Positions 28,164 through 37,743 of a stretch of 64,000 nt of DNA are shown here, piece after piece. The DNA lies in contig JAMWBU010000004.1 of assembly GCA_023819255.1 (NCBI GenBank), positions 1,418 through 65,417 of the forward strand. Reading direction: 5' to 3'. The stretch comes from Candidatus Omnitrophota bacterium (lineage in GTDB: Bacteria > Ratteibacteria > UBA8468 > B48-G9 > DTJG01). The notes under the pieces are model-generated. The model did no database searches. It was not told where the DNA came from and was given only the letters and a program-made list of their open reading frames with translations. The position numbers and the translations under genes are program-made. Numbering within the stretch: the first letter of the stretch is position 1; each line of letters starts with the position of its first letter.

Positions 28164-29084
28164 GAATTTTTTCTACTTCATAAGGTTGTGGAATATCAGT
28201 GAATGGTTTTGCGGCTTTTGCCGTTCCGCAGGCTGCGGCAAATTTCAGAGATTCCCTAAATTTCCCTGTTCTTGAATAAGACAGAACAAACCCGGCAAGA
28301 AACACATCGCCGCAACCAACAGAACCGGCTTTTTTAATTTCAGGGCCTCTGGTATAAAAAAAACCTTCTCTGGAAAAGCCCGCCGCTCCTTTATCGCCCA
28401 TTGTCACAAGCACAAAAGATATTCCTGAATTAAGTAGTTTTTCTGCTGCTTTTCTGAGTTGCGCAAGGTTTTCAATTTTTCTGGATATGAGTCGTTCAAG
28501 TTCTCTGATGTTTGGTTTTATAAGGTCTGGACCTGCAGATACTGCGGATTTCAAGAAAAAACCATCTGAGTCAACGCTGATCATAGCCGTGGTATTTTTT
28601 TCGCGAATCTTATGTATCGCCTGATTGTAGAAATTCGCTGGTATGCCTGGTGGCAGGCTTCCACAAAAAAAAATCCAGCTAATTTTGTCGAAATCTCTAT
28701 CAACAATGAATTTCAGGATTTTTTTTGCAAAATTTTCTGTTATTAATGGGCCTGGTTCATTAAATCTTAATACTGTGCCGTTTTCAAAAAAAAATTGTGG
28801 CTTTCTCTTGTTTCGGCAGAAATATCAAGAAGATATTCAGTGGAAATCCTGCTTTCAGTCAGGAGTTTTTTGAATCTGATTCCATTTAAACCGCCAGCAA
28901 TGCCAATTGTTTTAATATTTTCGCCATATTGAATCAGAAACCTTGCGACATTAAATCCTTTTCCTCCAGCTTCTATTTTTTTCTTCTTAATGCGCACAAC
29001 ATCGTCGAACTTTATTTCTTCTGCATAGTAGTTTACATCCAGACAAGGATTCAAATTGACTGATATGAATTTTTTATGTCGCAT
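28072..29084 (-). pseudogene. 1-phosphofructokinase / tagatose-6-phosphate kinase family (PfkB) gene interrupted by a 1-nt frameshift in a T9 tract
   Basis: N-part (LNPCLD, AGGKGFNVA, ETR) stops at 28767. The -1 frame continues ENGTVLRFNEPGP...CGSLPPG into the C-part (IKPNIRE, VGCGD). One extra T at 28786-28794 restores a complete gene. Confidence 0.8.
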
Positions 29085-29089
29085 TTGCC

Positions 29090-29254
29090 TTATACTGACT
29101 GAGGTCGATATTTTCTTATTTTTTTGCGTCTTCTTAACTGGCTGGGTTTTTCATAAAATTCCCGTTTCTTAATTTCCCTGATAATACCTTCTTTTTCAAC
29201 CTCGCGTTTAAACTGTTTGAACAGTTTTTCAAAATGTTCGTGTTGTTTTTCCAC
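29090..29254 (-). CDS. rpsU: 30S ribosomal protein S21
   Basis: Not in the track (54 aa). [54 protein letters not shown] carries the S21 signature FKR...G...E...REFYEKPS. Confidence 0.88.
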   Translation of the reverse strand: MEKQHEHFEKLFKQFKREVEKEGIIREIKKREFYEKPSQLRRRKKIRKYRPQSV

Positions 29255-29275
29255 TTAGGTACTGTCACCCCCTTC

Positions 29276-29437
29276 CTAATAGCTATCTATGTCAAAAAGA
29301 CGTGATCCGCAGTGCTTACATTTTTTTTCGTTTTGCTTGTATCCATCCACAATGAAGCAAACCCTGCATTTTATGTTTTTCTTCTCGCTTGCAGGTTCTC
29401 TCTCTTTTTCAATACGAGATAATGATTTCTCTTTCAT
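29276..29437 (-). CDS. Small zinc-ribbon protein (53 aa)
   Basis: Not in the track. MKEKSLSRIEKEREPASEKKNIKCRVCFIVDGYKQNEKKCKHCGSRLFDIDSY has CxxC...CxxCG and fills the gap between the phosphorylase gene and rpsU. Confidence 0.65.
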   Translation of the reverse strand: MKEKSLSRIEKEREPASEKKNIKCRVCFIVDGYKQNEKKCKHCGSRLFDIDSY

Positions 29438-29440
29438 ATT

Positions 29441-30274
29441 TTATATGGTCCTTTTTTGATAACTTATTATAATATTTTCTACAATATCCGTCAAAAAAGG
29501 TTCTGCGGCAGAAGCAGCAGCCAAAATTTCTTCAAATGTGGCAACCTTCAGAGCGTCAGGGAGACACATATCGCTGATGACCGATGCGCCAAAGACTTGC
29601 AATCCAGAATGAACAGCTGCTATTACTTCGGCCACTGTTGACATACAAACCATATCAGCGCCTATGGATCTTAGAAATCTGTATTCTGCTTTTGTTTCAA
29701 GATTTGGTCCGGTCAGTCCAACCAGCACCCCTTTCTTAACAGGTATCTTTTTTTCAAGCGCTATCGTTTCTGCAAGTTCTATGAGTTTCTGATCATATGG
29801 TTGTGACATATCTGGAAATCTTACTCCGATTTCCTCATAATTTTTTCCAATTAGAGGATTATGTCCGGTAAGATTAATATGGTCTACAATGATTACAATA
29901 TCGCCTGTTTTGAACATTGGGTTCAACCCGCCTGCTGCGTTTGATTCAATCAAAATCTTTGTACCAAGAAATTTCAAAACCCTTATAGGAAGTGCTATTT
30001 CCGTTGCTGAATAACCTTCATACAGATGAAATCTGCCCTGAAAAGCAACAACGTTTTTTCCGGCAATTTTTCCAAAAATAAGGTTTCCCGCGTGTCCCTG
30101 GACGGTTGAGACAGGAAAATTAGGGATTGAACTATAGGGCACTATCTTTTCCGTATCTATTCTATCAGCAAATTTTCCAAGACCTGTTCCAAGAATAATG
30201 CCAATTTCAGGCCTCATATCGGTTATGGATTCCAAAAATTTAACGGTCTCTTTAATTTTTTCAAGTTCGCACAT
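29441..30274 (-). CDS. punA: Purine-nucleoside phosphorylase (trimeric type)
   Basis: IILGTGLG, VQGHAG, QGRFHLYEG, NAAGG, GPNLET, MSTV. Confidence 0.92.
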   Translation of the reverse strand: MCELEKIKETVKFLESITDMRPEIGIILGTGLGKFADRIDTEKIVPYSSIPNFPVSTVQGHAGNLIFGKIAGKNVVAFQGRFHLYEGYSATEIALPIRVLKFLGTKILIESNAAGGLNPMFKTGDIVIIVDHINLTGHNPLIGKNYEEIGVRFPDMSQPYDQKLIELAETIALEKKIPVKKGVLVGLTGPNLETKAEYRFLRSIGADMVCMSTVAEVIAAVHSGLQVFGASVISDMCLPDALKVATFEEILAAASAAEPFLTDIVENIIISYQKRTI

Positions 30275-30291
30275 CTTTCTCCTCCAGTTTG

Positions 30292-31110
30292 CTATCTTAG
30301 TTTAGAAAGCTCTATTGCTTTTTTTTCTGCTGATTCAAAGGCGGCACTGATTGTTTTTTCAAGATTTCCTTCTGTGAGTTTTGATAATCCCGCAAGAGTT
30401 GTTCCTCCAGGAGAACATACTTTTTCTTTCAGCAGAGCAGGGTTTTCTTCTGCTTTTGCAAGCATTATTCCCGCGCCCTGAAAAAGATGCGAAACAATCT
30501 TCACCGAGATATTATCAGAAAATCTTCTCTTTCTTAAAATTTTGTAAACCAATTCCGCAAGATAAAAGAGAAAACCAGGTGCGCTTCCCGCTACCGCTGT
30601 CATAAAAAACATATCCTTTTCTTTCACTGGAAAGCAGTATGCCGCTTTTGAAAAAATCCTTACAATTTTTTTAATTGTCGTCGATGTAACACCCTTGCTG
30701 CAGTAGGCAATAAGTCCATTTCCATAACCAATCGCGAGATTCGGCATAAATCTGATGGCAGAAACATCCTTATCAAGCATTTTTCTGATGGAATCGATGG
30801 TTATTCCAGCAGCGACACTGATGATAATTGAGTTTTTTTTCAAATATGGGGAGATACTGGAACATAATTGTGCTATATCCTTTGGCTTCACAGCGATTAT
30901 TACAAACCTGGACCTTCTGACAAGTATATCTGTGTCGGTTGTAACAATTCCGAAATTTTTTTTAAGAATTTTTGTTTTTGATTTATCGATATCACTTACG
31001 CAAATTTTATCTCTGGAGATATCCGCAAATTCTGTAAGGGCTTTGATAATTGCTATTCCTATGTTTCCGCACCCGATTATTCCAAAGGTAAAATTATTTC
31101 TTTTTTTCAA
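30292..31110 (-). CDS. proC: Pyrroline-5-carboxylate reductase
   Basis: GCGNIG, AVKP, SVAAG, RFMPN, VCSPGGTT. Confidence 0.93.
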   Translation of the reverse strand: MKKRNNFTFGIIGCGNIGIAIIKALTEFADISRDKICVSDIDKSKTKILKKNFGIVTTDTDILVRRSRFVIIAVKPKDIAQLCSSISPYLKKNSIIISVAAGITIDSIRKMLDKDVSAIRFMPNLAIGYGNGLIAYCSKGVTSTTIKKIVRIFSKAAYCFPVKEKDMFFMTAVAGSAPGFLFYLAELVYKILRKRRFSDNISVKIVSHLFQGAGIMLAKAEENPALLKEKVCSPGGTTLAGLSKLTEGNLEKTISAAFESAEKKAIELSKLR

Positions 31111-31847
31111 CCCGCTTCTTCTCCTTCCACTTCTCCAACCTTGATCTGCAGGTTTTCTCTATCTTCAATCCTTTCAATCAAGCCGTCCCTGATCCATATG
31201 ACCCTGTCAGAAACATCGAGCATTTTAAGATCATGAGTGGCGGTAATGATGCTAACCTCTTTATTTTTATTCATTTCCTTAAGCAGGTGTATGATTTCTT
31301 TTCCGGTTTTTAGATCAAGATTTCCTGTGGGTTCGTCAGCAAGAATGATAGCCGGATCATTAGCAAGTGCTCTTGCGATGGCAACCCTCTGCTGTTGACC
31401 TCCAGAAAGTTCAAATGGCTTATGATGGAGCCTTTCTCCAAGACCCACTGTTTCAAGAAGCTCCTTTGCTTTGTTCATTGCTTCATCGTTTTCCATACCT
31501 CCGAAAATCATAGGAAGCATCACATTTTCAAGGGCAGTCATAACTGGAATGAGATTAAATGTCTGAAATATGTATCCTATTTTTCTGCATCTTAACCATG
31601 CAAGCTCATACGCGTCGAGCTGGGCGATGTCCACTTCATCTATGTAGACCTTTCCCTCAGTGGGTTTATCGAGGCCACCTATCATGTTAAAAAGTGTCGT
31701 TTTTCCGCTTCCGGACGGACCCATTATTGATATATATTCGCCTCTGTATATTTCGATATCAATTCCTTTCAAGACGTGCAGCGGTATTTTTCCAAGAAGA
31801 AATGTTTTTTTTAATCCTATCGTCCTTACAATCGCTTCTTTTGGCAT
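31107..31847 (-). CDS. ABC transporter ATP-binding protein (LolD/MacB type)
   Basis: GPSGSGKTT, FQTFNL, LSGGQQQRVAIARA, ADEPTGNLD. Confidence 0.93.
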   Translation of the reverse strand: MPKEAIVRTIGLKKTFLLGKIPLHVLKGIDIEIYRGEYISIMGPSGSGKTTLFNMIGGLDKPTEGKVYIDEVDIAQLDAYELAWLRCRKIGYIFQTFNLIPVMTALENVMLPMIFGGMENDEAMNKAKELLETVGLGERLHHKPFELSGGQQQRVAIARALANDPAIILADEPTGNLDLKTGKEIIHLLKEMNKNKEVSIITATHDLKMLDVSDRVIWIRDGLIERIEDRENLQIKVGEVEGEEAG

Positions 31848-31860
31848 TTTTGTCTCCTTT

Positions 31861-32514
31861 TTAGACTTCCCTGCGGATTGCTTCAGCTGGTTCCAGTTTT
31901 GCCGAAATATATGCAGGATATATTGCACCGATTACAGATATTACTATCCCGAGCAGAATGCTGAAAACTGAATATTTTATAATAAGTTGCCCCGGGAATA
32001 TGCTCCATACAAGGCCCTTGTATCTTAAAAGATAGATAAAAAGAGTCGCCAGGGCTCCTACAAATACTCCTATGATTGATCCTGCAAGTCCCTGTATTGA
32101 AGATTCGAGAAGGAAAAGTTCAACAATAAATTTATCAAGCGCGCCAAGGCATTTCATTGTGCCTATTTCGCGGGATCTTTCTGTTACCGCCATAAGCATT
32201 GCATTTACGATTCCAACAACGCAGACAAGCAGTGAAAGAGAGACCAGCCATGCCTGTCTTGTTCGTATTTCATCAAGATTTTGTTGCAACGCAATCTTCA
32301 AACTTTCCGGTCCTTTTTGTATTATGCCCGCTATAAAGGCATTACTGCTCAATATAGACATGAGAAAAGCGATGCCGAGTACAATAGACGAGGTAACAAT
32401 AATGGATCTGCCGAATCTTATTTTTATGCTTCTCAAACTCATATTGAACGCATGTTTTAGTGGTAATACCAGTTGTTTTTCTATTTTTCTTTTTTCAGGC
32501 ACTTGCGTGGACAT
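31861..32514 (-). CDS. Short FtsX/MacB-family permease
   Basis: Four TM helices, GIVNAMLMAVTERSREIGTMKCLGA, YPAY...LEPAEAIR. Confidence 0.88.
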   Translation of the reverse strand: MSTQVPEKRKIEKQLVLPLKHAFNMSLRSIKIRFGRSIIVTSSIVLGIAFLMSILSSNAFIAGIIQKGPESLKIALQQNLDEIRTRQAWLVSLSLLVCVVGIVNAMLMAVTERSREIGTMKCLGALDKFIVELFLLESSIQGLAGSIIGVFVGALATLFIYLLRYKGLVWSIFPGQLIIKYSVFSILLGIVISVIGAIYPAYISAKLEPAEAIRREV

Positions 32515-32542
32515 TTTCGCTCCTTTTTTCAATAAATAAATT

Positions 32543-33469
32543 TTAAACCATTTTTTCCTGCTCGTAAAGAAAGCATGACACCAGGTGTTTCTTTTCTTTT
32601 TCTTTTAATACAGGATGATGTTCAAAACATATTTTTTTTCTATACGGACATCTGGCGAGAAAAACACAACCATCAAAATCTTTGTATTTTTCTTCTCTTA
32701 TGGATGTTATAGAAGAAGGGTTCCATAAAATCTTTGTATACGGATGAAGTGGAGATTTTAATATCTGTTCCACAGAACCTTCTTCAACTATGTTGCCTTG
32801 ATACATAACAACAATTCTTTCGCAGAAGTCAACCACAATCTTCAGATTATGAGTTATGAATACAAAGGTCAGCCCTAAATTTTTTCTTAATCCATCGAGA
32901 AGTTTCAGAATGTTAACTTCTGTTGTGGCGTCGAGATTGCCTGTTGGTTCGTCAGCCACTACACATTCTGGATTGCCGGCAATAGCCCTTGCTATGGCTA
33001 CCCTCTGCCTTTCTCCGCCGCTCATCTGATGCGGGTATCTGTTTTTATAATCAGAAGGCAGGCCTGTTTGAGTAAGCGCTGTTTCAATCATTTCAGGATT
33101 GACTCTTCTTGAAGGTATGGCTTCTCTGAGTGTTTTTTCAATGGTTGAACGAGGATTTAGAGATTTGTACGGGTTTTGAAAGATTATCCTCACCTTATTT
33201 CTGAAAAAGACAAGCTTTGAATCACCAAGACCTGTTATATCGTTATTTCTATAATACACTGAACCTGAATCGGGCCTTACAAGTAAAAGCAATACTTTCG
33301 CAAGCGTTGTTTTTCCAGAACCAGATTCTCCCACGACACCAAGATCAATTCCTTTGTTTACTCTGATTGATACATTATTCAAAGCTGTGACTTTTCGCCT
33401 GTTGATTCCCAGAAAGTCCTTTACCACAAAAACCTTGCTTATTTTTTCACACCTGAGTATTTCTTCCAT
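32543..33469 (-). CDS. Oligopeptide ABC transporter ATPase (OppF/DppF-like)
   Basis: GESGSGKTT, FQNPY-x-SLNP, SGGERQR, HPYT, C-terminal Cys cluster. Confidence 0.9.
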   Translation of the reverse strand: MEEILRCEKISKVFVVKDFLGINRRKVTALNNVSIRVNKGIDLGVVGESGSGKTTLAKVLLLLVRPDSGSVYYRNNDITGLGDSKLVFFRNKVRIIFQNPYKSLNPRSTIEKTLREAIPSRRVNPEMIETALTQTGLPSDYKNRYPHQMSGGERQRVAIARAIAGNPECVVADEPTGNLDATTEVNILKLLDGLRKNLGLTFVFITHNLKIVVDFCERIVVMYQGNIVEEGSVEQILKSPLHPYTKILWNPSSITSIREEKYKDFDGCVFLARCPYRKKICFEHHPVLKEKEKKHLVSCFLYEQEKMV

Positions 33470-34391
33470 TTTTTAAACATCTTATACCGGTTTCGCTGTC
33501 GCACCACACAAAAGGAATTGTTTTTTTACACCTTGCTTCTTTTTCGACGCACATATCAAAAAAAGGACATTTTTGTTGCATTTGTTTACTATCCATCGTA
33601 TTTTTTTTGAAATTCAATTCCAATATGGTGTCTTTTCCTTCAATGGTGCCGAGAAGAATATTCGCGTACGGATGGGAAGGTTTTTCTCTGCCGGGTTTGA
33701 ATATTTCCACGATATGTCCGCGATACATAATACCTATGCGTGTGCCTGTTTTCATTGCAAGTTCCAGATCATGGGTGATGAAAAAGATTGCCGGATTATG
33801 TTTCAATCTTATGGCATTTAAAAGGTCTATGACCTGTCGCGTCGTCAGGACATCAAGTGCAGTGGTTGGTTCATCCGCAATGATAATTGAAGGTTTGTTT
33901 ATGAGAGCCATTGCTATCATTACTCTTTGTTGTTGACCTCCACTTAATTGATGCGGATACACTGTTTGTACCTCTGAATCAAGCCCAACTTCCTGCAATG
34001 CAAGTGAAATCAGCTCCTTTTTATTTTCATTTTTTCCATGATAGGATTCCTGAAGATGGGAGCCAATTGTGAACAAAGGGTCCAGATACGCCGATGGATC
34101 CTGGAAAATGATGCTTATATCCTTTCCCCTTATATTTCTCATTGATTGCTCGTTTATTTCAAGAATATTTTTCCCATTTATTAATATTTCGCCGGATGCT
34201 ATTTTAAAACTTTTTGGAAGAAGTTTAATAATTGAGAGGGCGAGAGTTGTTTTTCCTGAACCTGATTCGCCAACCAGACAGAACATTTCCCCTTTTTTCA
34301 CCATAAAATTGATGTCATTCAAAATCGAGATTGATTCTGTCTTTTCAACTCTTAATACTGAAAGGTTCTTGACTTCAAGTATTTGCTCCAT
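33447..34391 (-). CDS. Oligopeptide ABC transporter ATPase (OppD/DppD-like)
   Basis: GESGSGKTT, IFQDP, YPHQLSGGQQQRV, DEPTTALD. Confidence 0.9.
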   Translation of the reverse strand: MEQILEVKNLSVLRVEKTESISILNDINFMVKKGEMFCLVGESGSGKTTLALSIIKLLPKSFKIASGEILINGKNILEINEQSMRNIRGKDISIIFQDPSAYLDPLFTIGSHLQESYHGKNENKKELISLALQEVGLDSEVQTVYPHQLSGGQQQRVMIAMALINKPSIIIADEPTTALDVLTTRQVIDLLNAIRLKHNPAIFFITHDLELAMKTGTRIGIMYRGHIVEIFKPGREKPSHPYANILLGTIEGKDTILELNFKKNTMDSKQMQQKCPFFDMCVEKEARCKKTIPFVWCDSETGIRCLKNGRNTQV

Positions 34392-34392
34392 T

Positions 34393-35451
34393 TCACCAGT
34401 TTTTTGGGTCAAGCACATTTCTCAGGGCGTCTCCGAGAAGATTAAAATTTATCAAAACAACGAATATAAATATTCCTGCAAGAAGCAGCCAGGGCGCGTC
34501 TCCAAGAACTCTCAAATTTCCTATTGTTGAAGAAAGAATATTACCCCAGCTTGGATATGGTTCCTGTATTCCAAGTCCGAGCAAACTGAGCGCGGCTTCT
34601 CCGATGATGTATCCGGGTACGCTAATTGTAATTGCAGTGATCGAATAAGAAAAGGTGTTCGGAAATATGTGAAACAATAAGATTTTCCAGTGAGGTAATC
34701 CGAGAGATCTTGCCGCAAGAACATAGTCTTCTTCTTTAATAGAAAGAACCATGCCCCTTATGATTCTTGCAAGTCCTGCCCAACCAATCAGGCTGAGAAT
34801 CATAACAATCAGAAGATAAACCTGGATGCTTGAAAGATTCAGAGGAAACATTGCTCTGAGAGAAAGCATAAGATAAAAAGAAGGGAAAACCATCAGAATT
34901 TCCACCAGTCTCATAAGTATCTGATCAATAATTCCGCCAAAATATCCAGCAATCCCTCCTGTGATCATGCCGAGAGAAAATGAAATAAATACACCTATCA
35001 AACTGATTGAAAGAGAAATCCTGCCGCCGTATAACAATCTTGAAAAGATATCCCTTCCATAGTTGTCTGTGCCAAACAGAAAAATTCCGGCTGGTTGATC
35101 AACTCCGAAGAGATATCGTTTCGTTTTGAAAAAAAAGAAGATCCTTCTTTCTTTGCCCGAAACAAAAAATTTTAATGGATATATTTTAGAGTAATCCTGT
35201 TTGTATGTTTTGAAAACAGGATCGTCAATTACAGTGTTGTATACAAATGGTCTTATGTGAAAATTGCCACCCGAGTCGAAAAAATGGATTTTTGTTGGGG
35301 GATGATACGGCTTGTTTCTGAACTGCTGATCGAAATGATATGGTGCGAGTATATCAGCGAAAAATGAAACGAAATAAAATACCAGAAGAAACCATAAACT
35401 GAAGTATGCCGGTCTGCTATGATTTTTTAATCTTTGTAAAAGCCTTCTCAT
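34393..35451 (-). CDS. Oligopeptide ABC transporter permease (OppC-like)
   Basis: GTDNYGRDIFSRLLYG, EDYVLAARSLG, PSWG. Confidence 0.9.
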   Translation of the reverse strand: MRRLLQRLKNHSRPAYFSLWFLLVFYFVSFFADILAPYHFDQQFRNKPYHPPTKIHFFDSGGNFHIRPFVYNTVIDDPVFKTYKQDYSKIYPLKFFVSGKERRIFFFFKTKRYLFGVDQPAGIFLFGTDNYGRDIFSRLLYGGRISLSISLIGVFISFSLGMITGGIAGYFGGIIDQILMRLVEILMVFPSFYLMLSLRAMFPLNLSSIQVYLLIVMILSLIGWAGLARIIRGMVLSIKEEDYVLAARSLGLPHWKILLFHIFPNTFSYSITAITISVPGYIIGEAALSLLGLGIQEPYPSWGNILSSTIGNLRVLGDAPWLLLAGIFIFVVLINFNLLGDALRNVLDPKNW

Positions 35452-36413
35452 GATATTCTTATCCTTGGATCAAAAAACGCTATCAGTATATCGCCTATGA
35501 GATTTCCAACAATCAACAGAAAACCGCTTATTACAAGTGAACCCATTACAAGATACAGATCGTGTGAAAGAACTGCTTCAAGTATAAGGCTGCCCATGCC
35601 AGGCCAGCCACATATTATTTCTGTTAGCGCGGCTCCATTAAGGATGCCTCCGATTTCCATTCCGAGGATTGTGAACATTGGATTCAATGCGTTTCTCAGG
35701 GCATGTTTGAAAATTACTGAATTGCGGGGCACTCCTCTTGCCCATGCAGCAAGGACATATGGTGTATTGAATGTTTCAATAAAATTGTTCTTCATAAGCC
35801 TGAATAACCCGCCTACATTTACCAGACACAGCACAAGACCCGGAACTAAAAGATGTTCCATATAGTCCTTAAAAAGCGCAAATGAGGACGCATCAACTTC
35901 AAAAATGCTTCTTGTCCCTCCAAGAGGCAATAGATTAGTTTTGCTTATAAAATATACAAAAAGCAAAGCGACAAAAAATGATGGCAGAGATATGGAAAGA
36001 TAGGCTAACATAGAAAAAATTTTATCAATGAATGTTCCTTCTCTGTATCCTGCAAACACTGCCAGAGGTAATGCTATGACCCAGCTTATAACCAAAGAAA
36101 AAATTGCCAGACATATTGTGTTTTTCAGGCGAAATTTTATCAGTGTTCTAACAGGGATGTGATACGCGAATGAAACGCCAAAATCAAGTTTGCACATGTT
36201 TTTCAACCAGAGAAGATATTGGACAAGAATCGGTCTGTCAAGTCCAAAGTTGACCTTCATTGATTCGATTGTTTCAGGGGATATTTCCGGATTCATTTTC
36301 ATCTGGGCAAAATAATCTCCGGGCGAGGACTGGATGATTATGAAGGAAACAAAACTCATTCCGATGAGCATGGGGATTAATTGCAAAAGTCTTTTCAATA
36401 CAAGTTTTTTCAT
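35448..36413 (-). CDS. Oligopeptide ABC transporter permease (OppB-like)
   Basis: PGD, GLDRP, DFGVS, KHALRNA, WPGMG. Confidence 0.9.
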   Translation of the reverse strand: MKKLVLKRLLQLIPMLIGMSFVSFIIIQSSPGDYFAQMKMNPEISPETIESMKVNFGLDRPILVQYLLWLKNMCKLDFGVSFAYHIPVRTLIKFRLKNTICLAIFSLVISWVIALPLAVFAGYREGTFIDKIFSMLAYLSISLPSFFVALLFVYFISKTNLLPLGGTRSIFEVDASSFALFKDYMEHLLVPGLVLCLVNVGGLFRLMKNNFIETFNTPYVLAAWARGVPRNSVIFKHALRNALNPMFTILGMEIGGILNGAALTEIICGWPGMGSLILEAVLSHDLYLVMGSLVISGFLLIVGNLIGDILIAFFDPRIRIS

Positions 36414-36416
36414 TTT

Positions 36417-36896
36417 TTATAACAGTTCGATAGTTATTTTTCTCCGTTTCAAATCAAGAAATTCAAGAGTAACCTTTATCGATTTAGCTGGTATTTTTTC
36501 CATAGCAACTTCAGGCCACTCAATCAAAAGAAGTCCGCTATCAATATATTCTGAGAAACCGAAACTTTCAAGTTCAATTGCGCTGGTAATCCTGTAAAAA
36601 TCAAAATGGTAAACAGTCGTTTTCCCCTTTGAATACTGGTTAACAATCGCAAAAGATGGGCTTGTAATATTGTTAATGCCGGTTAAACCTTTTATTACAC
36701 CCCGAATCATTGTTGTTTTTCCAGAGCCAAAAGGGCCAGAAAAAATCACGCAAACAACTTTATGCTTCTTTATCCATTGCGCCAGTTTTCTTCCCAGTAT
36801 CTCTGTTGATTTCGAAGAGTTTGTTTTGAAGCAGAGTAATTTTTTTTCAGGAGAAGTGTTTGAATTTTTCTCCGCGTATTTTAGCTTTTTTTCCAT
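36417..36896 (-). CDS. tsaE: tRNA threonylcarbamoyladenosine biosynthesis ATPase
   Basis: GPFGSGKTT, SPSF, YHFDFYR, IEWP. The true start may be downstream. Confidence 0.9.
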   Translation of the reverse strand: MEKKLKYAEKNSNTSPEKKLLCFKTNSSKSTEILGRKLAQWIKKHKVVCVIFSGPFGSGKTTMIRGVIKGLTGINNITSPSFAIVNQYSKGKTTVYHFDFYRITSAIELESFGFSEYIDSGLLLIEWPEVAMEKIPAKSIKVTLEFLDLKRRKITIELL

Positions 36897-37743
36897 CGGG
36901 GTATTTCAACAAAAAGGTTTTTTGTCTTGTTATTCTACCAATATTTGTAACAGGTAAACCCTTGATATCTGCAGGAACAAGTGATACAAATTCAGGTGAA
37001 ACGGTAAACAGCAGTTCATAATCTTCCCCGTCGTAGAGAGCAGAGGAAATCCTATTTTTTTCACTGGCATCTCTTGAAACAGGAATTTTTGATGTCTCTA
37101 TCTCAAATCCACAGCCGGACGCTTCCGCAAGTTTTCTTGCGTCAGAAGCCAGACCATCAGAAAGATCGATCATTGCCGAGGGTTTGATGGACTTGATTAT
37201 TTCTTTTGCCTCCCTGACGCGCGGAATGAATCTAAATTGTTTGCCTTTCTGGGCTCCGCCGAGGGTTCCTGTAACAAAAATGATATCTCCGGGTCTGGCC
37301 GTGTTGCGCAGGATCAGTTTCTTCTTTTCCACAATCCCGATTAAGAAGATATCGACAAAAAGCGTCTCTGAACGGGATAAATTGCCCCCAACGATATCAA
37401 TGTTAAACATTTCCGCTATTTCCAGAATGCCCGTATAAATTTCTCTGTAATTGTCGGCTTTTTTTTTCTCCATACCAAGAGAAACAAGCGCCCACAGCGG
37501 ATTGCCGCCCATTGCTGCTATGTCACTGATGTTGACCGCGAGCGCCTTGCGTCCAATCTGTCTGAATGTGGCTTCCTGCATTTTAAAATGGACATTTTCC
37601 ACCACAACATCTGTTGTAAGCAGTAGATAAGAATTTCTGTTATAATCGATAACAGCTGTGTCGTCTCCAATGCCAAGTTTAACCTGTCTGTTTTTACATC
37701 TGCAGCGAGATTTGAGCCATTTTATTATTTGTCTTTCGTCCAT
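36847..37743 (-). CDS. thiL: Thiamine-monophosphate kinase
   Basis: [29 protein letters not shown]. Confidence 0.95.
   Translation of the reverse strand: MDERQIIKWLKSRCRCKNRQVKLGIGDDTAVIDYNRNSYLLLTTDVVVENVHFKMQEATFRQIGRKALAVNISDIAAMGGNPLWALVSLGMEKKKADNYREIYTGILEIAEMFNIDIVGGNLSRSETLFVDIFLIGIVEKKKLILRNTARPGDIIFVTGTLGGAQKGKQFRFIPRVREAKEIIKSIKPSAMIDLSDGLASDARKLAEASGCGFEIETSKIPVSRDASEKNRISSALYDGEDYELLFTVSPEFVSLVPADIKGLPVTNIGRITRQKTFLLKYPDGKKAKIRGEKFKHFS

Noticed and set aside
28665-28673. Second 9-nt homopolymer in the PfkB gene as another frameshift
   Set aside because: It reads in frame (ATT TTT TTT TGT GGA) into GSLPPG.
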